This document shows, one piece after another, positions 18,211-27,692 of a DNA stretch of 64,000 bases (position 1 is its first letter; every line of letters begins with the position of its first letter). The notes beneath the pieces were generated by a model. The model ran no database searches. It worked only from the letters and a program-made list of their open reading frames with translations, and was not told where the DNA came from. Source of the stretch: Thermoproteota archaeon (GTDB taxonomy: Archaea; Korarchaeota; Korarchaeia; Korarchaeales; JAOZGB01); assembly GCA_037917685.1 (NCBI GenBank), contig JAVCBU010000016.1, positions 21,074-85,073 on the forward strand, given 5' to 3'. Both the position numbers and the translations under genes were made by a program.

Positions 18211-19443
18211 TTACACCTCAGCTGTTATCCAGTCATATACTATATCCTTCGGTATCTCCTCGACCCTCTTTGAGAGTGAGTCTATCACTGTACGCACAGT
18301 TTCTGCGGCTGTTGGGTGCATCATCATGAAGAAGTCAACGCCTGCAAGGAGAAGAGTTAAAGCCGTGACCGCCTCCCACAATGGGCCGCGGAGAAGCTTA
18401 TCCCCCCACTCCGGTGGAAGCGCCTTCCAGGCCTCTCTTGCAGCCCACGCGTTCGTTGAGCCGGATGATATTGGATGTTGTAGTTCTTCGTCTCCCATAA
18501 GCGCTGCCAGCCTGGCTCTCTCCATGATGGTGAATGCGTAGTCAAGCCCGTACCCAAGGGCTGCGGTTGTGGTGTCCATAACTATGCTGTCCTTTGGTAC
18601 ATAGTCGTATAGCTTTCTGTTTAGCTCTCTAGCATGGTTAAGGTCCATGGAGGTGAATGCGATAACGGCATGTCCGGTTTCACCTATGATCTTGCCTGCC
18701 TTCGCGATATCCATGTCAAGTGTTATTGAGTTTATGAGCAGTCTTTCCCCCTTGAAGTCTTCAGCTATTTTTTCGAAAACCTTCAAGTCTTTGACGGGGT
18801 CTCCACACCCACCGACAGATAGTGGCACACTTACAGCTTCCAGGACTTCCGCAACTGTTTCGGCAGCCTTGCTGGGGGAAGTGTCCTCGATGAGAGGGTC
18901 TGTGCTAACCAGGTGGAGGTTAACCATGTCGGCGCCGTACTTCTCAACACACATTCTCGCCCATTCCGGCGGGTTATCGAGTACATCCTGGTACTGGAGC
19001 CTAACAGCCTTTGCAAGCCTTACCTTCGTGTCGAATATGTCCAGGGATATGGCTGGCCTATGCTTAGGGTTTTCTATGAAAGTATAGAAGGCTGGGGCCC
19101 TTTCACCGCCTATGACTATTGTGTTTCCCCTTGTTCCACCCTCAGACCTGGTGGCTCCAAGCTTCACCTCGACTATTCTCCCGGTCCACTCCATGGTGGG
19201 GAGTTCAAACTTTTCGGTTAGAAGCTCACGTGGCCTTGCTACAACCTCTGGTTTAGGTATGACTTTAGGCACGGCTGTCGGATGTATTAGGAGTTCGAGT
19301 TCATCAACGTTTATTTCAACATCCTCGAGGACGAGTTCGTTTTCGGCAAGGTTTCCAAGGGCCTTTGCGAGTTCCTCCCCTATTATGGATGCCAGAAGCT
19401 CCCCGAGTTCGCCACCGGCCTTTTTGGCTTCCTCTTTAGCCAC
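18211..19443 (-). CDS. cdhD: ACDS delta subunit (corrinoid Fe-S protein small subunit)
   Basis: LGATRSEGGTR, MDTTTAALGYGLDY, NAWAAREAW, MMMHP. Confidence 0.95.
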   Translation of the reverse strand: MAKEEAKKAGGELGELLASIIGEELAKALGNLAENELVLEDVEINVDELELLIHPTAVPKVIPKPEVVARPRELLTEKFELPTMEWTGRIVEVKLGATRSEGGTRGNTIVIGGERAPAFYTFIENPKHRPAISLDIFDTKVRLAKAVRLQYQDVLDNPPEWARMCVEKYGADMVNLHLVSTDPLIEDTSPSKAAETVAEVLEAVSVPLSVGGCGDPVKDLKVFEKIAEDFKGERLLINSITLDMDIAKAGKIIGETGHAVIAFTSMDLNHARELNRKLYDYVPKDSIVMDTTTAALGYGLDYAFTIMERARLAALMGDEELQHPISSGSTNAWAAREAWKALPPEWGDKLLRGPLWEAVTALTLLLAGVDFFMMMHPTAAETVRTVIDSLSKRVEEIPKDIVYDWITAEV

Positions 19444-20836
19444 TTTTCTTCACCTTTCTAATCGTAAGCTTCTTAACATGTATCCTGGCGTTCACAAGTT
19501 TAATCTTGAAGCCCCCTATGCCGACGCCGACTGGCACAGCCTCAGCTGGCACCTCCAACACGGCCTCCGGCGCCTCTGCTGCTTCCACTTCGGCTGGTAT
19601 CTCTTCCTCCTTCCACCTTGAAACAACAGGGTGCTCTTTCTCTTTGAGGAATGCCTTAAGCTCTTCGATGTTTGTAGCCTCCTTCTCTGTCGCGATCTTA
19701 TCCACCAGCTCCTTTGGAATGAAGTCTTTAACCCTTTCTTTAATCTCTGAAGGGAGCCACACAATCCTCTCCCATCCACCGTCTGCCTGGAGGAATTTTG
19801 GAGACCTCATGTACTCTATGGAGAGCCCGTGGAAGCCGTCAACCTGTCTTCCACCAGCTGTTGAGTCAGCTATCACCGTGAAAGGTAGCCCGTTCACGGC
19901 TACGCCTTTAAATCCTCTGTGCACAATACCTATACCATCAACCTCGGGGATATAGAATGCTGAAGCCTCAAAGCATCCGCAGGATGTATGTGGGTAGCCG
20001 AAAGCCGTGTAGAGCCAGACTCTTGTGATCTCGCCAAGACTCTTCTTCTTAATAGCCTCATTTACACCTGTGAATTCGCCTTTCAGCTCGTCTATACATT
20101 CACCTTTCTCGATCCTGAACAGTGGCCCCTTGGGGTCAACCCTAGCGGCGGCTCTAGCGTCGAACCATGATATTGCGCCGCAGTTGGCATATCTTTGAGG
20201 TGTGATGACGCAGACATGGGTTGGTGCGAAGGACTGGCAAAGGGTGCAACCGTAGAATGCGTCAACCTCCTCATCTTTTAAACCTCTAGCCCTTGCATCC
20301 CTTGCTTCGTAGATCTTTAGTGCCTCCTGGTATCTTCTCTCCACCTCCGCTGGATCCGTTATGAATGTTACCTGTATCTTCTCTATTATTGGGAGTTCGC
20401 TCTTGTACAGTCTCTGGAGAACCTTACCTATTATCTTGAAAGAGTTAAGCCCCTTCTTACATGATTTTTCGCTTATTCTGATCCATATGTCATATCTCTG
20501 GTTTAGGTGCATAACTCCCTCTATGTAGTTGAAATATGGATGTATCTTCCTCTCAAACACGCCTTCAAGGTCTTTCTCTAACTCTTTACCTGCTACCTCA
20601 ATGTATATTCCAAGCGGGTAGCTCTTCTTAGGCTCAAGCTTGTCTAGGTCTGGACCTATAATTGTTATTTTGCCGTCTTCAACCTCCTCCATTGGTTTGA
20701 CACGGACAAGCTCAAACTTGTAGGGAACATTTATCCCGCCGAACTCTACGTACATGTACTTTTTCCTAATCCTTTCACCCTCATATATGACTCCAACATC
20801 TACAGGGATATCCTCAAACATTGACATTCCTTTCAC
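19436..20836 (-). CDS. cdhC: ACDS beta subunit (acetyl-CoA synthase)
   Basis: A-cluster ligands FYGCTLCQSFAPTHVC..NCG and HTSCGCFE; YEGERIR; start may be ATG a few codons in. Confidence 0.97.
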   Translation of the reverse strand: MKGMSMFEDIPVDVGVIYEGERIRKKYMYVEFGGINVPYKFELVRVKPMEEVEDGKITIIGPDLDKLEPKKSYPLGIYIEVAGKELEKDLEGVFERKIHPYFNYIEGVMHLNQRYDIWIRISEKSCKKGLNSFKIIGKVLQRLYKSELPIIEKIQVTFITDPAEVERRYQEALKIYEARDARARGLKDEEVDAFYGCTLCQSFAPTHVCVITPQRYANCGAISWFDARAAARVDPKGPLFRIEKGECIDELKGEFTGVNEAIKKKSLGEITRVWLYTAFGYPHTSCGCFEASAFYIPEVDGIGIVHRGFKGVAVNGLPFTVIADSTAGGRQVDGFHGLSIEYMRSPKFLQADGGWERIVWLPSEIKERVKDFIPKELVDKIATEKEATNIEELKAFLKEKEHPVVSRWKEEEIPAEVEAAEAPEAVLEVPAEAVPVGVGIGGFKIKLVNARIHVKKLTIRKVKKSG

Positions 20837-21360
20837 CTCTTTAATGATTCGATCATAGATTTAAGGAAGGACTCCCACCTGTCAAGGGGCATCGACATAA
20901 GCGAATACGATGCGTGAGGCTGATAGTATGGGTCGAGGCTTAAAGTTTTAATCTCAGAGTAGTGTTTGAGCCCAGATAGGATAAGCCAGCCATAGTAGTA
21001 TTTGAATCCTACTGTAACGAGTAAACTGTAATTTCCTGCGCCGTCAAATCCAGGCCACTCAGGATCTTCAAGTCTATCAGCAAGCTCGAAGGCGGAGATT
21101 GGATATACGTTTTCGTAGCCCATCTCACTGAACCTTCGGAGAGTCGCCCCCGTTACGGCGACGTGGGCCCCGGTAAGCCTAGAGAGTTCCAGAAGGAGTG
21201 CTATGTGATCTGTATCTTCTTTCATTCTAAATATTTCCGAGCCTATAGCAATTACAGTTCTATGCCTCTTAATTATTTGTGCAATAGCATTCGGCCTATC
21301 AAGGATCACAGCCTTAGTTGGACCTGGAATTTCAGCTATCTGCCAGGATTCAGCTTTCAA
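20833..21360 (-). CDS. cdhB: ACDS epsilon subunit
   Basis: WPGFDGAGNY, LSGLKHY, LDPYYQPHA; lies between cdhA and cdhC. Confidence 0.9.
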   Translation of the reverse strand: MKAESWQIAEIPGPTKAVILDRPNAIAQIIKRHRTVIAIGSEIFRMKEDTDHIALLLELSRLTGAHVAVTGATLRRFSEMGYENVYPISAFELADRLEDPEWPGFDGAGNYSLLVTVGFKYYYGWLILSGLKHYSEIKTLSLDPYYQPHASYSLMSMPLDRWESFLKSMIESLKR

Positions 21361-23698
21361 CCTTCTTCACCCTAACAAGTTCTTCTAGGAGGGTTGGATC
21401 AGGGATCTCTGATTCCTTCCATCCCCTCCTCTTCAGTTCTTCTACTATCTCATCTTTCATAGTTATCGGGATATCCGCCTCCCTCCTCACGAACAGGTGT
21501 AGATCATCTGGCAGTCGTCCGAAATACTTCTTGTACAAGTCTACGTAGTGTGTGAGCTTTATAGCCCTTCCCTTTGTGGTGTCATTTGCACGCATACAAA
21601 GCTTTGTAGCCATAACCATTGCCTCCTCCTTTGTTTCGGCAGCGTAGAATAAGTGTTCTGGAACTGGACCTACATAGACCCTCTTCCCTGTTCTAGCATC
21701 GTACACGTACCAGTCCTCCTCCTTGTCCTTCCTTCCCAGTAGCATTCTTCTATATTTCGCCCCATGCGGGCCTACTATTACTGGTACCCCGAGCCTCCAA
21801 AATCCTGATGCGATTGACGCTGCTTTCTGGCTCATTGCTCCCCACGCTACTCCCACAGCGCCAACCCTATTAAGGATGTAGTCTGCAATCTCCTTATAGT
21901 TTGCTCTCAGGTTTCTCTTGGCGAAGATGTTTGCAATCTTTATCGCTGCCCCAGATATGTGAGAGTTCGCGACACACGATCCAACGTTAACAAGGCAGCC
22001 TGCATCGAAGTCTCCAGGGTACAACTCGTACAGTGTTTTACCCTCCTCATTCTTATACATACCTATCGTCATGGCTGCACATCCTGAAACCACAACTATA
22101 AACCTCCTCTTAAGGAACTCCTCAGCCATCTTCACCAGCTCTTGGCCGCCCTCCGCATAGTTGGCACAGCCGACGAAGGCTATCACCCCTGGTATCTCAC
22201 CGAGAACTATCGGTCTACCAACATTCCTAATCTCAGTATCCTGGATGGGTCCCCTTCCAGATCTAATGTTAAATATTTCACTCTTGAGCTTGTGCTCAGC
22301 AGCCTTATCAATCATGGTGAACACAGGCAGGCCTGCAGGACAGGCGTGCTCGCATCTGCCGCATGCAATGCAGTAGTCATATATCTCGGCAAGCTTTGAA
22401 AGGTCACCCTCTGCCGCATGCTTCATCCCTTCAGGTATTGGGAGAGTATTTGGGCAGGATCTCTGACACATCCCACATTGTCTGCAATCACCTGCAAGCT
22501 TTATGAGCTCCTCCTTGCTAGGTAGTCCCTTCATCCCCTGCCTCCTGGGCGAAAGCTTCATAGCAAGTTTAACGGCCACCTCTCCAACCTTCTCAGGGTC
22601 TAAGATTAGACCTCCAGGCTCCTCGCCGTTAGAAAGCTTTGAAACTATAGTTTCAACATCCCAGTTTGTCATGTCCTTAAGGCCGTGGCATGCCTTCTCA
22701 CTAGCAGCTATCAGGGGAGCCCCGATCTTCTGCGCCTCTAGGAGAATATCTGTTCTAATACACTGTTCGTCAACGACTATAACGTCTGGGACACCGGTGC
22801 GTATGAATCTTAGCTGCCATGAAATTGGGCCGACAATCTTTGCCGCTGTAGTGTAACGTGTCATGTCATGGGCTGTGCAGCAAAGCCCGCACACCTCAAC
22901 TTCGCCTGTAAGCCCTGTCATGTTCAAATAGTCTACGATGAACGTGGCGGGAATGACATTGTGTCCTACTACGAGGATTACTGGTTTAGAAGTGTTTACA
23001 GTTCCGTATCCGAGGGGTACTATTGGAGCCTCAGGGTCTGCCTTAGGGAATCCGAATGCTGACACCTGAGCGATGTCAGCGACTTCCATTGCTACGTGGT
23101 CGAGCATTCCAGCGTGGAACACTTTAGACTCCAAGTCTATGTTTGATCCTTCCTGACCGGTATGTGTCGCGGAAAGTAGAGCTGTAATCTGTTCCTCCAC
23201 GTAGTCAAGGACATATGCGAGGTCCCCTAATGTTTTAGGCTTTATCCCACAAACCAGCCGAATGTTTGGCGCTTCCAGGTTGACTTGCCCTCCAAGGTCA
23301 AGGGGGTAGTCCGGCCCATGCCTTTCAATCAGGAAGTCAACGATCTCTCTCGCGTGATGGGTGTGGGTGGATACCCCTATGCAGCAGGCTAGGAGAACTA
23401 TTCTTGATTGTTGCGCGCTCATGTCTAGGCCGCAGGCGCCTCTCTTATTTTTCGTCAGGTCGCATTTTCCGAAGGTGCATAGGCAGCAAAGGTCACAGAA
23501 CGGTAGGTATAGTGGCTTGAACCTTTGGAGCAGTTTAAGATCCCAGTCTCTAAGGGTTGTTAGTGAAGGCATCGGCGTAGGGCCTAGTGGCTCCTCCCAC
23601 TCCTCTTCAACCCTGCCTATAGTGATTTGTAGGTTTTTAAACAGGGCAGTACCTGTCTTAAGCTCACCAACCTTAATTGACAAGTCTTTTTTGACCAT
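21350..23698 (-). CDS. cdhA: ACDS alpha subunit (archaeal Ni-CO dehydrogenase)
   Basis: CDLCCLCTFGKC, GHNV, GLCCTA, two extra 4Fe-4S motifs (CRQCGMCQRSCP, CIACGRCEHACP), GSCVAN, WGAMSQKA. Confidence 0.97.
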   Translation of the reverse strand: MVKKDLSIKVGELKTGTALFKNLQITIGRVEEEWEEPLGPTPMPSLTTLRDWDLKLLQRFKPLYLPFCDLCCLCTFGKCDLTKNKRGACGLDMSAQQSRIVLLACCIGVSTHTHHAREIVDFLIERHGPDYPLDLGGQVNLEAPNIRLVCGIKPKTLGDLAYVLDYVEEQITALLSATHTGQEGSNIDLESKVFHAGMLDHVAMEVADIAQVSAFGFPKADPEAPIVPLGYGTVNTSKPVILVVGHNVIPATFIVDYLNMTGLTGEVEVCGLCCTAHDMTRYTTAAKIVGPISWQLRFIRTGVPDVIVVDEQCIRTDILLEAQKIGAPLIAASEKACHGLKDMTNWDVETIVSKLSNGEEPGGLILDPEKVGEVAVKLAMKLSPRRQGMKGLPSKEELIKLAGDCRQCGMCQRSCPNTLPIPEGMKHAAEGDLSKLAEIYDYCIACGRCEHACPAGLPVFTMIDKAAEHKLKSEIFNIRSGRGPIQDTEIRNVGRPIVLGEIPGVIAFVGCANYAEGGQELVKMAEEFLKRRFIVVVSGCAAMTIGMYKNEEGKTLYELYPGDFDAGCLVNVGSCVANSHISGAAIKIANIFAKRNLRANYKEIADYILNRVGAVGVAWGAMSQKAASIASGFWRLGVPVIVGPHGAKYRRMLLGRKDKEEDWYVYDARTGKRVYVGPVPEHLFYAAETKEEAMVMATKLCMRANDTTKGRAIKLTHYVDLYKKYFGRLPDDLHLFVRREADIPITMKDEIVEELKRRGWKESEIPDPTLLEELVRVKKVES

Positions 23699-23777
23699 TT
23701 TTCCATGTTTCCAAACTCATCTAAAAATTAAAAATTTTAGCTGTCAGAAATCTTCAAAATCAATTGGAGATTGGAGA

Positions 23778-24572
23778 TTACCGGTCTCCCGGGGAAATAT
23801 TTCTTATTATTTTGTTCTTGATCTCTTCTATAGCCTTCACAGCCATACTTTTAGAGTTATAGTCTATGGGAGGTACTCCCTTGTACTCCGCCGTAATAAC
23901 TGTCTCGTCGTAGGGAATTAAGCCGAGCAAGCTTAACCCCAGCTTTAACGATCTCTCCCTGATAAACTCAGCCTCAGACTCGCTTCTAACCTTGTTTCCG
24001 ACGACTTTAAACTCTTTAATGTCGATCTGTCTTGCCAGCCTGTGTATTCTAAAAGCTGTTTCAACCGACTTCAAGGTTGGCTCCACTACGCATATCATAC
24101 AGTCTACCCCTCTAGCCGTTCCCCTCCCCAGGTGTTCAAGGCCGGCGGCCATGTCAAGGATAAGAACGTCCTTCCTACCCATGATGAGATGTGATAGTAG
24201 ACTTCTCAGGAAGGCGTTTTCAGGGCATAAGCATCCGGAGCCGCCGCTCCTCACAGTGCCCATAACCAGAAGCCGGACATTGTCCGGGCATTTCACCGCG
24301 TACTTGTCCACGAGATCCGCAACGGAGGGGTTCATCCTAAGCAAAGCTCCGTATCCAGTGCCGACTCTTTCCCTTATAAGCTCTTTCATCTCCGAAATAG
24401 GCTTTATTTTTGACGCTTCACCCCAGTCTAGCCCTAGGGACACTCCAAGGTTTAAATTAGGATCTGCGTCGACCGCAATCACACTATAACCATCTCTTCC
24501 TAAAAGCCTTGAAATGGTGGCTGCAAGCAGGGTTTTCCCAACTCCACCCTTTCCCACAACGGCCAACTTCAC
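23778..24572 (-). CDS. cooC: CooC-type nickel-insertion ATPase
   Basis: GKGGVGKT, DADP, GCLCP, DMAAGLEHLGRGT. Confidence 0.9.
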   Translation of the reverse strand: MKLAVVGKGGVGKTLLAATISRLLGRDGYSVIAVDADPNLNLGVSLGLDWGEASKIKPISEMKELIRERVGTGYGALLRMNPSVADLVDKYAVKCPDNVRLLVMGTVRSGGSGCLCPENAFLRSLLSHLIMGRKDVLILDMAAGLEHLGRGTARGVDCMICVVEPTLKSVETAFRIHRLARQIDIKEFKVVGNKVRSESEAEFIRERSLKLGLSLLGLIPYDETVITAEYKGVPPIDYNSKSMAVKAIEEIKNKIIRNISPGDR

Positions 24573-24595
24573 AGTTTACACCTTGGCATCGCTGT

Positions 24596-25174
24596 CTATC
24601 CACTAATCTTGAAGCCGAGCGATTCAACAGCGGTTTCTCCGTATAGTTCCACAAGCTTGTTGATCATAGGCGTCCCATCAGGCCCGGCCAAAGGCTTACA
24701 CTCGTCAAGCCTTCTTTCACCTGTGAGTACCCTTGCGGCGAATGCAATGCACGTTTCCTCTCCGCACTCGCCACAGTTTGTTTTTGGAAGGTACTTGTAT
24801 AGCTCTAGGGGTTGAAGCCTGGACCAGGCGTCTAGGACACGGCTGTCAGGCTTCTTTCCCTCCGTAAGATCCTTTCTTGCCTCGTCTATCAAACCCTGAA
24901 GGTATTCCAGTATCTTCTTAGCCTCCTCTATGTCCCTTGCTTCGAAATACACCTTTCCAGACTCGCTTATACCTATTATCCTGTTGAAAGCTCTTAGCGT
25001 CACGGTCTTACTGGCCTTCGAATACCTAACTTTCATAGGTGGAAACTTTAGGGTTAGAATCTCAATAAGCCCCCTAAAGTCTTTCTCAGATACAGCTTCG
25101 ATAACAATTCTGATGGACGACGCTGTTCCACACGCGGAGCCTGTTACATTAACTTCAAACTCCCCTACTTTCAT
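24596..25174 (-). CDS. Fe-S protein with a C-terminal CdhE-type 4Fe-4S domain
   Basis: LYKYLPKTNCGECGEETCIAFA..C closely matches the cdhE N-terminus in this window; start ATG 25174 (MKVGEF). Confidence 0.75.
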   Translation of the reverse strand: MKVGEFEVNVTGSACGTASSIRIVIEAVSEKDFRGLIEILTLKFPPMKVRYSKASKTVTLRAFNRIIGISESGKVYFEARDIEEAKKILEYLQGLIDEARKDLTEGKKPDSRVLDAWSRLQPLELYKYLPKTNCGECGEETCIAFAARVLTGERRLDECKPLAGPDGTPMINKLVELYGETAVESLGFKISG

Positions 25175-25227
25175 CAAAATGTATAAGCTTGGGAAAATAA
25201 TTAAGTTTAGGGTGTAGATCCTAATAT

Positions 25228-26283
25228 GTGGAGTTTTCGACATATCTAAATGTAAAAACATGCGATGTAGGCAGCCTTCCAGACCCCTTCCCCCTACAAT
25301 ACCCTGTAAGGGGATTTGAAGGAACCGCTTTCGAGAATGCTGTTATTAAGGGTTTCATAGACAAGATAGAGGCGGGAATCCATGTTCCAACCTACCCGCA
25401 GTTTCGGGATATGAACGAAATGTTCCTGGAAATGATAGATGGGGTGGGCAGGGCCAGGGGAGGATACATGATTCTTGAACCGTTAAGCCCAGGAAAGCTT
25501 GTGATACCAGAGATTAGAATACTCGCCGACAATATCGACAAAATAAAGGATAAGGTTGGCGAGAAACCATCCATAAGGATATGTATTACAAGCCCATACA
25601 CCCTTTCACACAGCTTTACAGGGATTCAGGATAAACTATGGCTTTGGGAGGAGCTGGGCAACATACTTTCCGAGATAGCGGGGGAAACATTGAAGGTTGC
25701 AGCAGTATTTAAGAGTGTAATGGTTAGCCTTGACGAGCCCGTTCTAGGTGTGGTTGACGATCCTCTGCTTGACATCGGATCTGAGGGCTCCCGGGTTTTA
25801 GCCAGCGTTATAGACAAGATCTTGTCGGCGTGTAAGAGTAGGGGGGCCGAAACATGTATGCACCTTCACAGTACATCTAGCAGCGTGATCTGGGAGCTAC
25901 ATAGCCTTGACGTGATAGAGTCCCACGTTGACGACCCCCTTTACAATAGTAGCGAGCTGATAGATAAGGTCTCCAGGATGGGCTTAAACGTTAAGGCAGC
26001 TATCTGCAAGACAAACTATGACAGGCTTCTAGATTCAAAGCTGGAAACATATGGGTTGACCGTTGAGACGGCGTGGAAGAGGATCAGAAGTGGAGATTTA
26101 AATCCTGTGCTGTTTCTGGAGGATGTGAATCTTATGAGGGAAAGGCTGGAAAAAACAGTTAGAGCTTATGGTAGCAGGGTTAAATATGCTGGCCCGGAGT
26201 GCGGGCTGAGATCTTTCCCAACCTACGATGCTGCAATTAAATATTTAAGGATGGTCTCCGAGGCTGTTGGACTTGTCGGCTAG
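25228..26283 (+). CDS. Catalytic-domain-only (core) methionine synthase homologue, MetE C-terminal fold
   Basis: DVGSLP, PTYPQFRD, LDEP, HLH and GPECGL Zn-site motifs; 351 aa with no folate-binding N-terminal half. Confidence 0.7.
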   Translation: MEFSTYLNVKTCDVGSLPDPFPLQYPVRGFEGTAFENAVIKGFIDKIEAGIHVPTYPQFRDMNEMFLEMIDGVGRARGGYMILEPLSPGKLVIPEIRILADNIDKIKDKVGEKPSIRICITSPYTLSHSFTGIQDKLWLWEELGNILSEIAGETLKVAAVFKSVMVSLDEPVLGVVDDPLLDIGSEGSRVLASVIDKILSACKSRGAETCMHLHSTSSSVIWELHSLDVIESHVDDPLYNSSELIDKVSRMGLNVKAAICKTNYDRLLDSKLETYGLTVETAWKRIRSGDLNPVLFLEDVNLMRERLEKTVRAYGSRVKYAGPECGLRSFPTYDAAIKYLRMVSEAVGLVG

Positions 26284-26345
26284 GAGGCGGCAGGGAATAA
26301 AACATTTTAAATATTTTGAGGCCGGTGTCAAACGGTGGTTGTAAG

Positions 26346-26591
26346 ATGGAGCTACCTGGAAACCTAACCTCGGAGGAGAAGAGGGCTCTCGCGGATAAAC
26401 TTGTAGACGTGGTGCTAGCCCTCAAACCAAAAAAGGCTCATAAGGTTCCAGCCGAGCCTGTTAAGAAGATGCTGGAATACTGGAGGGATGAACTCCTATG
26501 CTCCGATAAAGGACTCAAAGTCCTCCTGGAAGTTGCCACTGCTGCAAACGAGGAGAAAACAGCTGAGATAATAGAAAGTTTTAAGAGGTGA
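26346..26591 (+). CDS. Small hypothetical helical protein coupled to mer
   Basis: ATG 26346 after GGTGG; its stop overlaps the mer start (GTGA). Confidence 0.65.
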   Translation: MELPGNLTSEEKRALADKLVDVVLALKPKKAHKVPAEPVKKMLEYWRDELLCSDKGLKVLLEVATAANEEKTAEIIESFKR

Positions 26592-27586
26592 AAGGGATGT
26601 TTGGGATAGAGTTTATACCTCAAGAGCCATACTGGAAGATTGTTTACTACTCGATTCAGGCTGAGAAGCAAGGTTTCAGCAGCATATGGATAACAGACCA
26701 CTTTATGAATAGAAACCCCTATGTGACAATGGCAGCCATATCCATCTACACAAGTAAAATTAACATAGGAGTTGGCGTAACAAACCCCTACTTGGCCAAC
26801 CCAGTGGTTACAGCGCAGGCCATCGGAAGCTTGGACGAAATAGCCCCAGGTAGGATAATGCTTGGGATAGGCGCTGGAGACAAGACAACACTCGGAATGC
26901 TAGGTGTCAAAGTTGGAAAACCTCTTACAGCTGTAAAGGAATGCGTTGAGATATGTAGAGGCCTGCTCTCCGGGGAGAAAGTGAGCTACCAGGGTAAAAT
27001 ATTTGACATTAAGAGCGCAAAGTTCGCTTTCAAGACCAGTGGGAAGATAAAAATCTACGTTGGAGCTCAGGGTCCTAAGATGCTACGTCTAGCAGCCAGG
27101 GTTGGAGACGGAGTATTAATAAACGCCTCTCACCCGAGAGATGTTGAAGACGCTTTGAAACATGTGGATGAAGGATTAAAGGAGGCAGGGAAGACGAGGG
27201 AGGATATAGACATAGCCATATATACGTCTTTCTCCATCGCCGAGGATGAGAAAGAGGCCATAAAGGCTACTCTTCCAGTTGTAGCGTTCATAGTCGCTGG
27301 AGCACCGGACTTCCTACTGGAGAAGCATGATATACCGCTTGACCAGGCAAGGACGCTTAGAGAACTACTAGACAAGGCTACATGGGGAGAAGCCTTCTCA
27401 AAGGTTACGCCGGAAATGATAGAAGCATTCTCAATCGCCGGAACACCTGAGCAGTGCCTGGAAAAAGTTGAAAGACTCTTCAAGCTCGGAGTAAGCCAGT
27501 TCGTAGTGGGATCTCCCATAGGCCCAAACATTAGAAAATCGATAGACTTGATATCTTCGAAAATAATATCAGCCTTCACAAGCTGA
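26588..27586 (+). CDS. mer: F420-dependent methylene-tetrahydromethanopterin reductase
   Basis: FGIEFIP, WITDH..NRN, GVGVTNPY, LGIGAGD, GAQGPKML, LINASHP, VGSPIGP. Confidence 0.9.
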   Translation: MKGMFGIEFIPQEPYWKIVYYSIQAEKQGFSSIWITDHFMNRNPYVTMAAISIYTSKINIGVGVTNPYLANPVVTAQAIGSLDEIAPGRIMLGIGAGDKTTLGMLGVKVGKPLTAVKECVEICRGLLSGEKVSYQGKIFDIKSAKFAFKTSGKIKIYVGAQGPKMLRLAARVGDGVLINASHPRDVEDALKHVDEGLKEAGKTREDIDIAIYTSFSIAEDEKEAIKATLPVVAFIVAGAPDFLLEKHDIPLDQARTLRELLDKATWGEAFSKVTPEMIEAFSIAGTPEQCLEKVERLFKLGVSQFVVGSPIGPNIRKSIDLISSKIISAFTS

Positions 27587-27692
27587 CCTACAACTCCTCT
27601 AACTCATTTTTATCTTAAACCGGATTCGCTTTCAGCTTAGATCAAGAGGAATAGAATAGCCTTATTAACATGCAGGCCTCTTAAATATATGG

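Noticed and set aside
14527-23921. Numerous long antisense ORFs (for example 14527-15138, 17127-17825, 23361-23921)
   Set aside because: Ser/Pro-rich mirror frames of well-supported genes; the same applies to similar ORFs across the window
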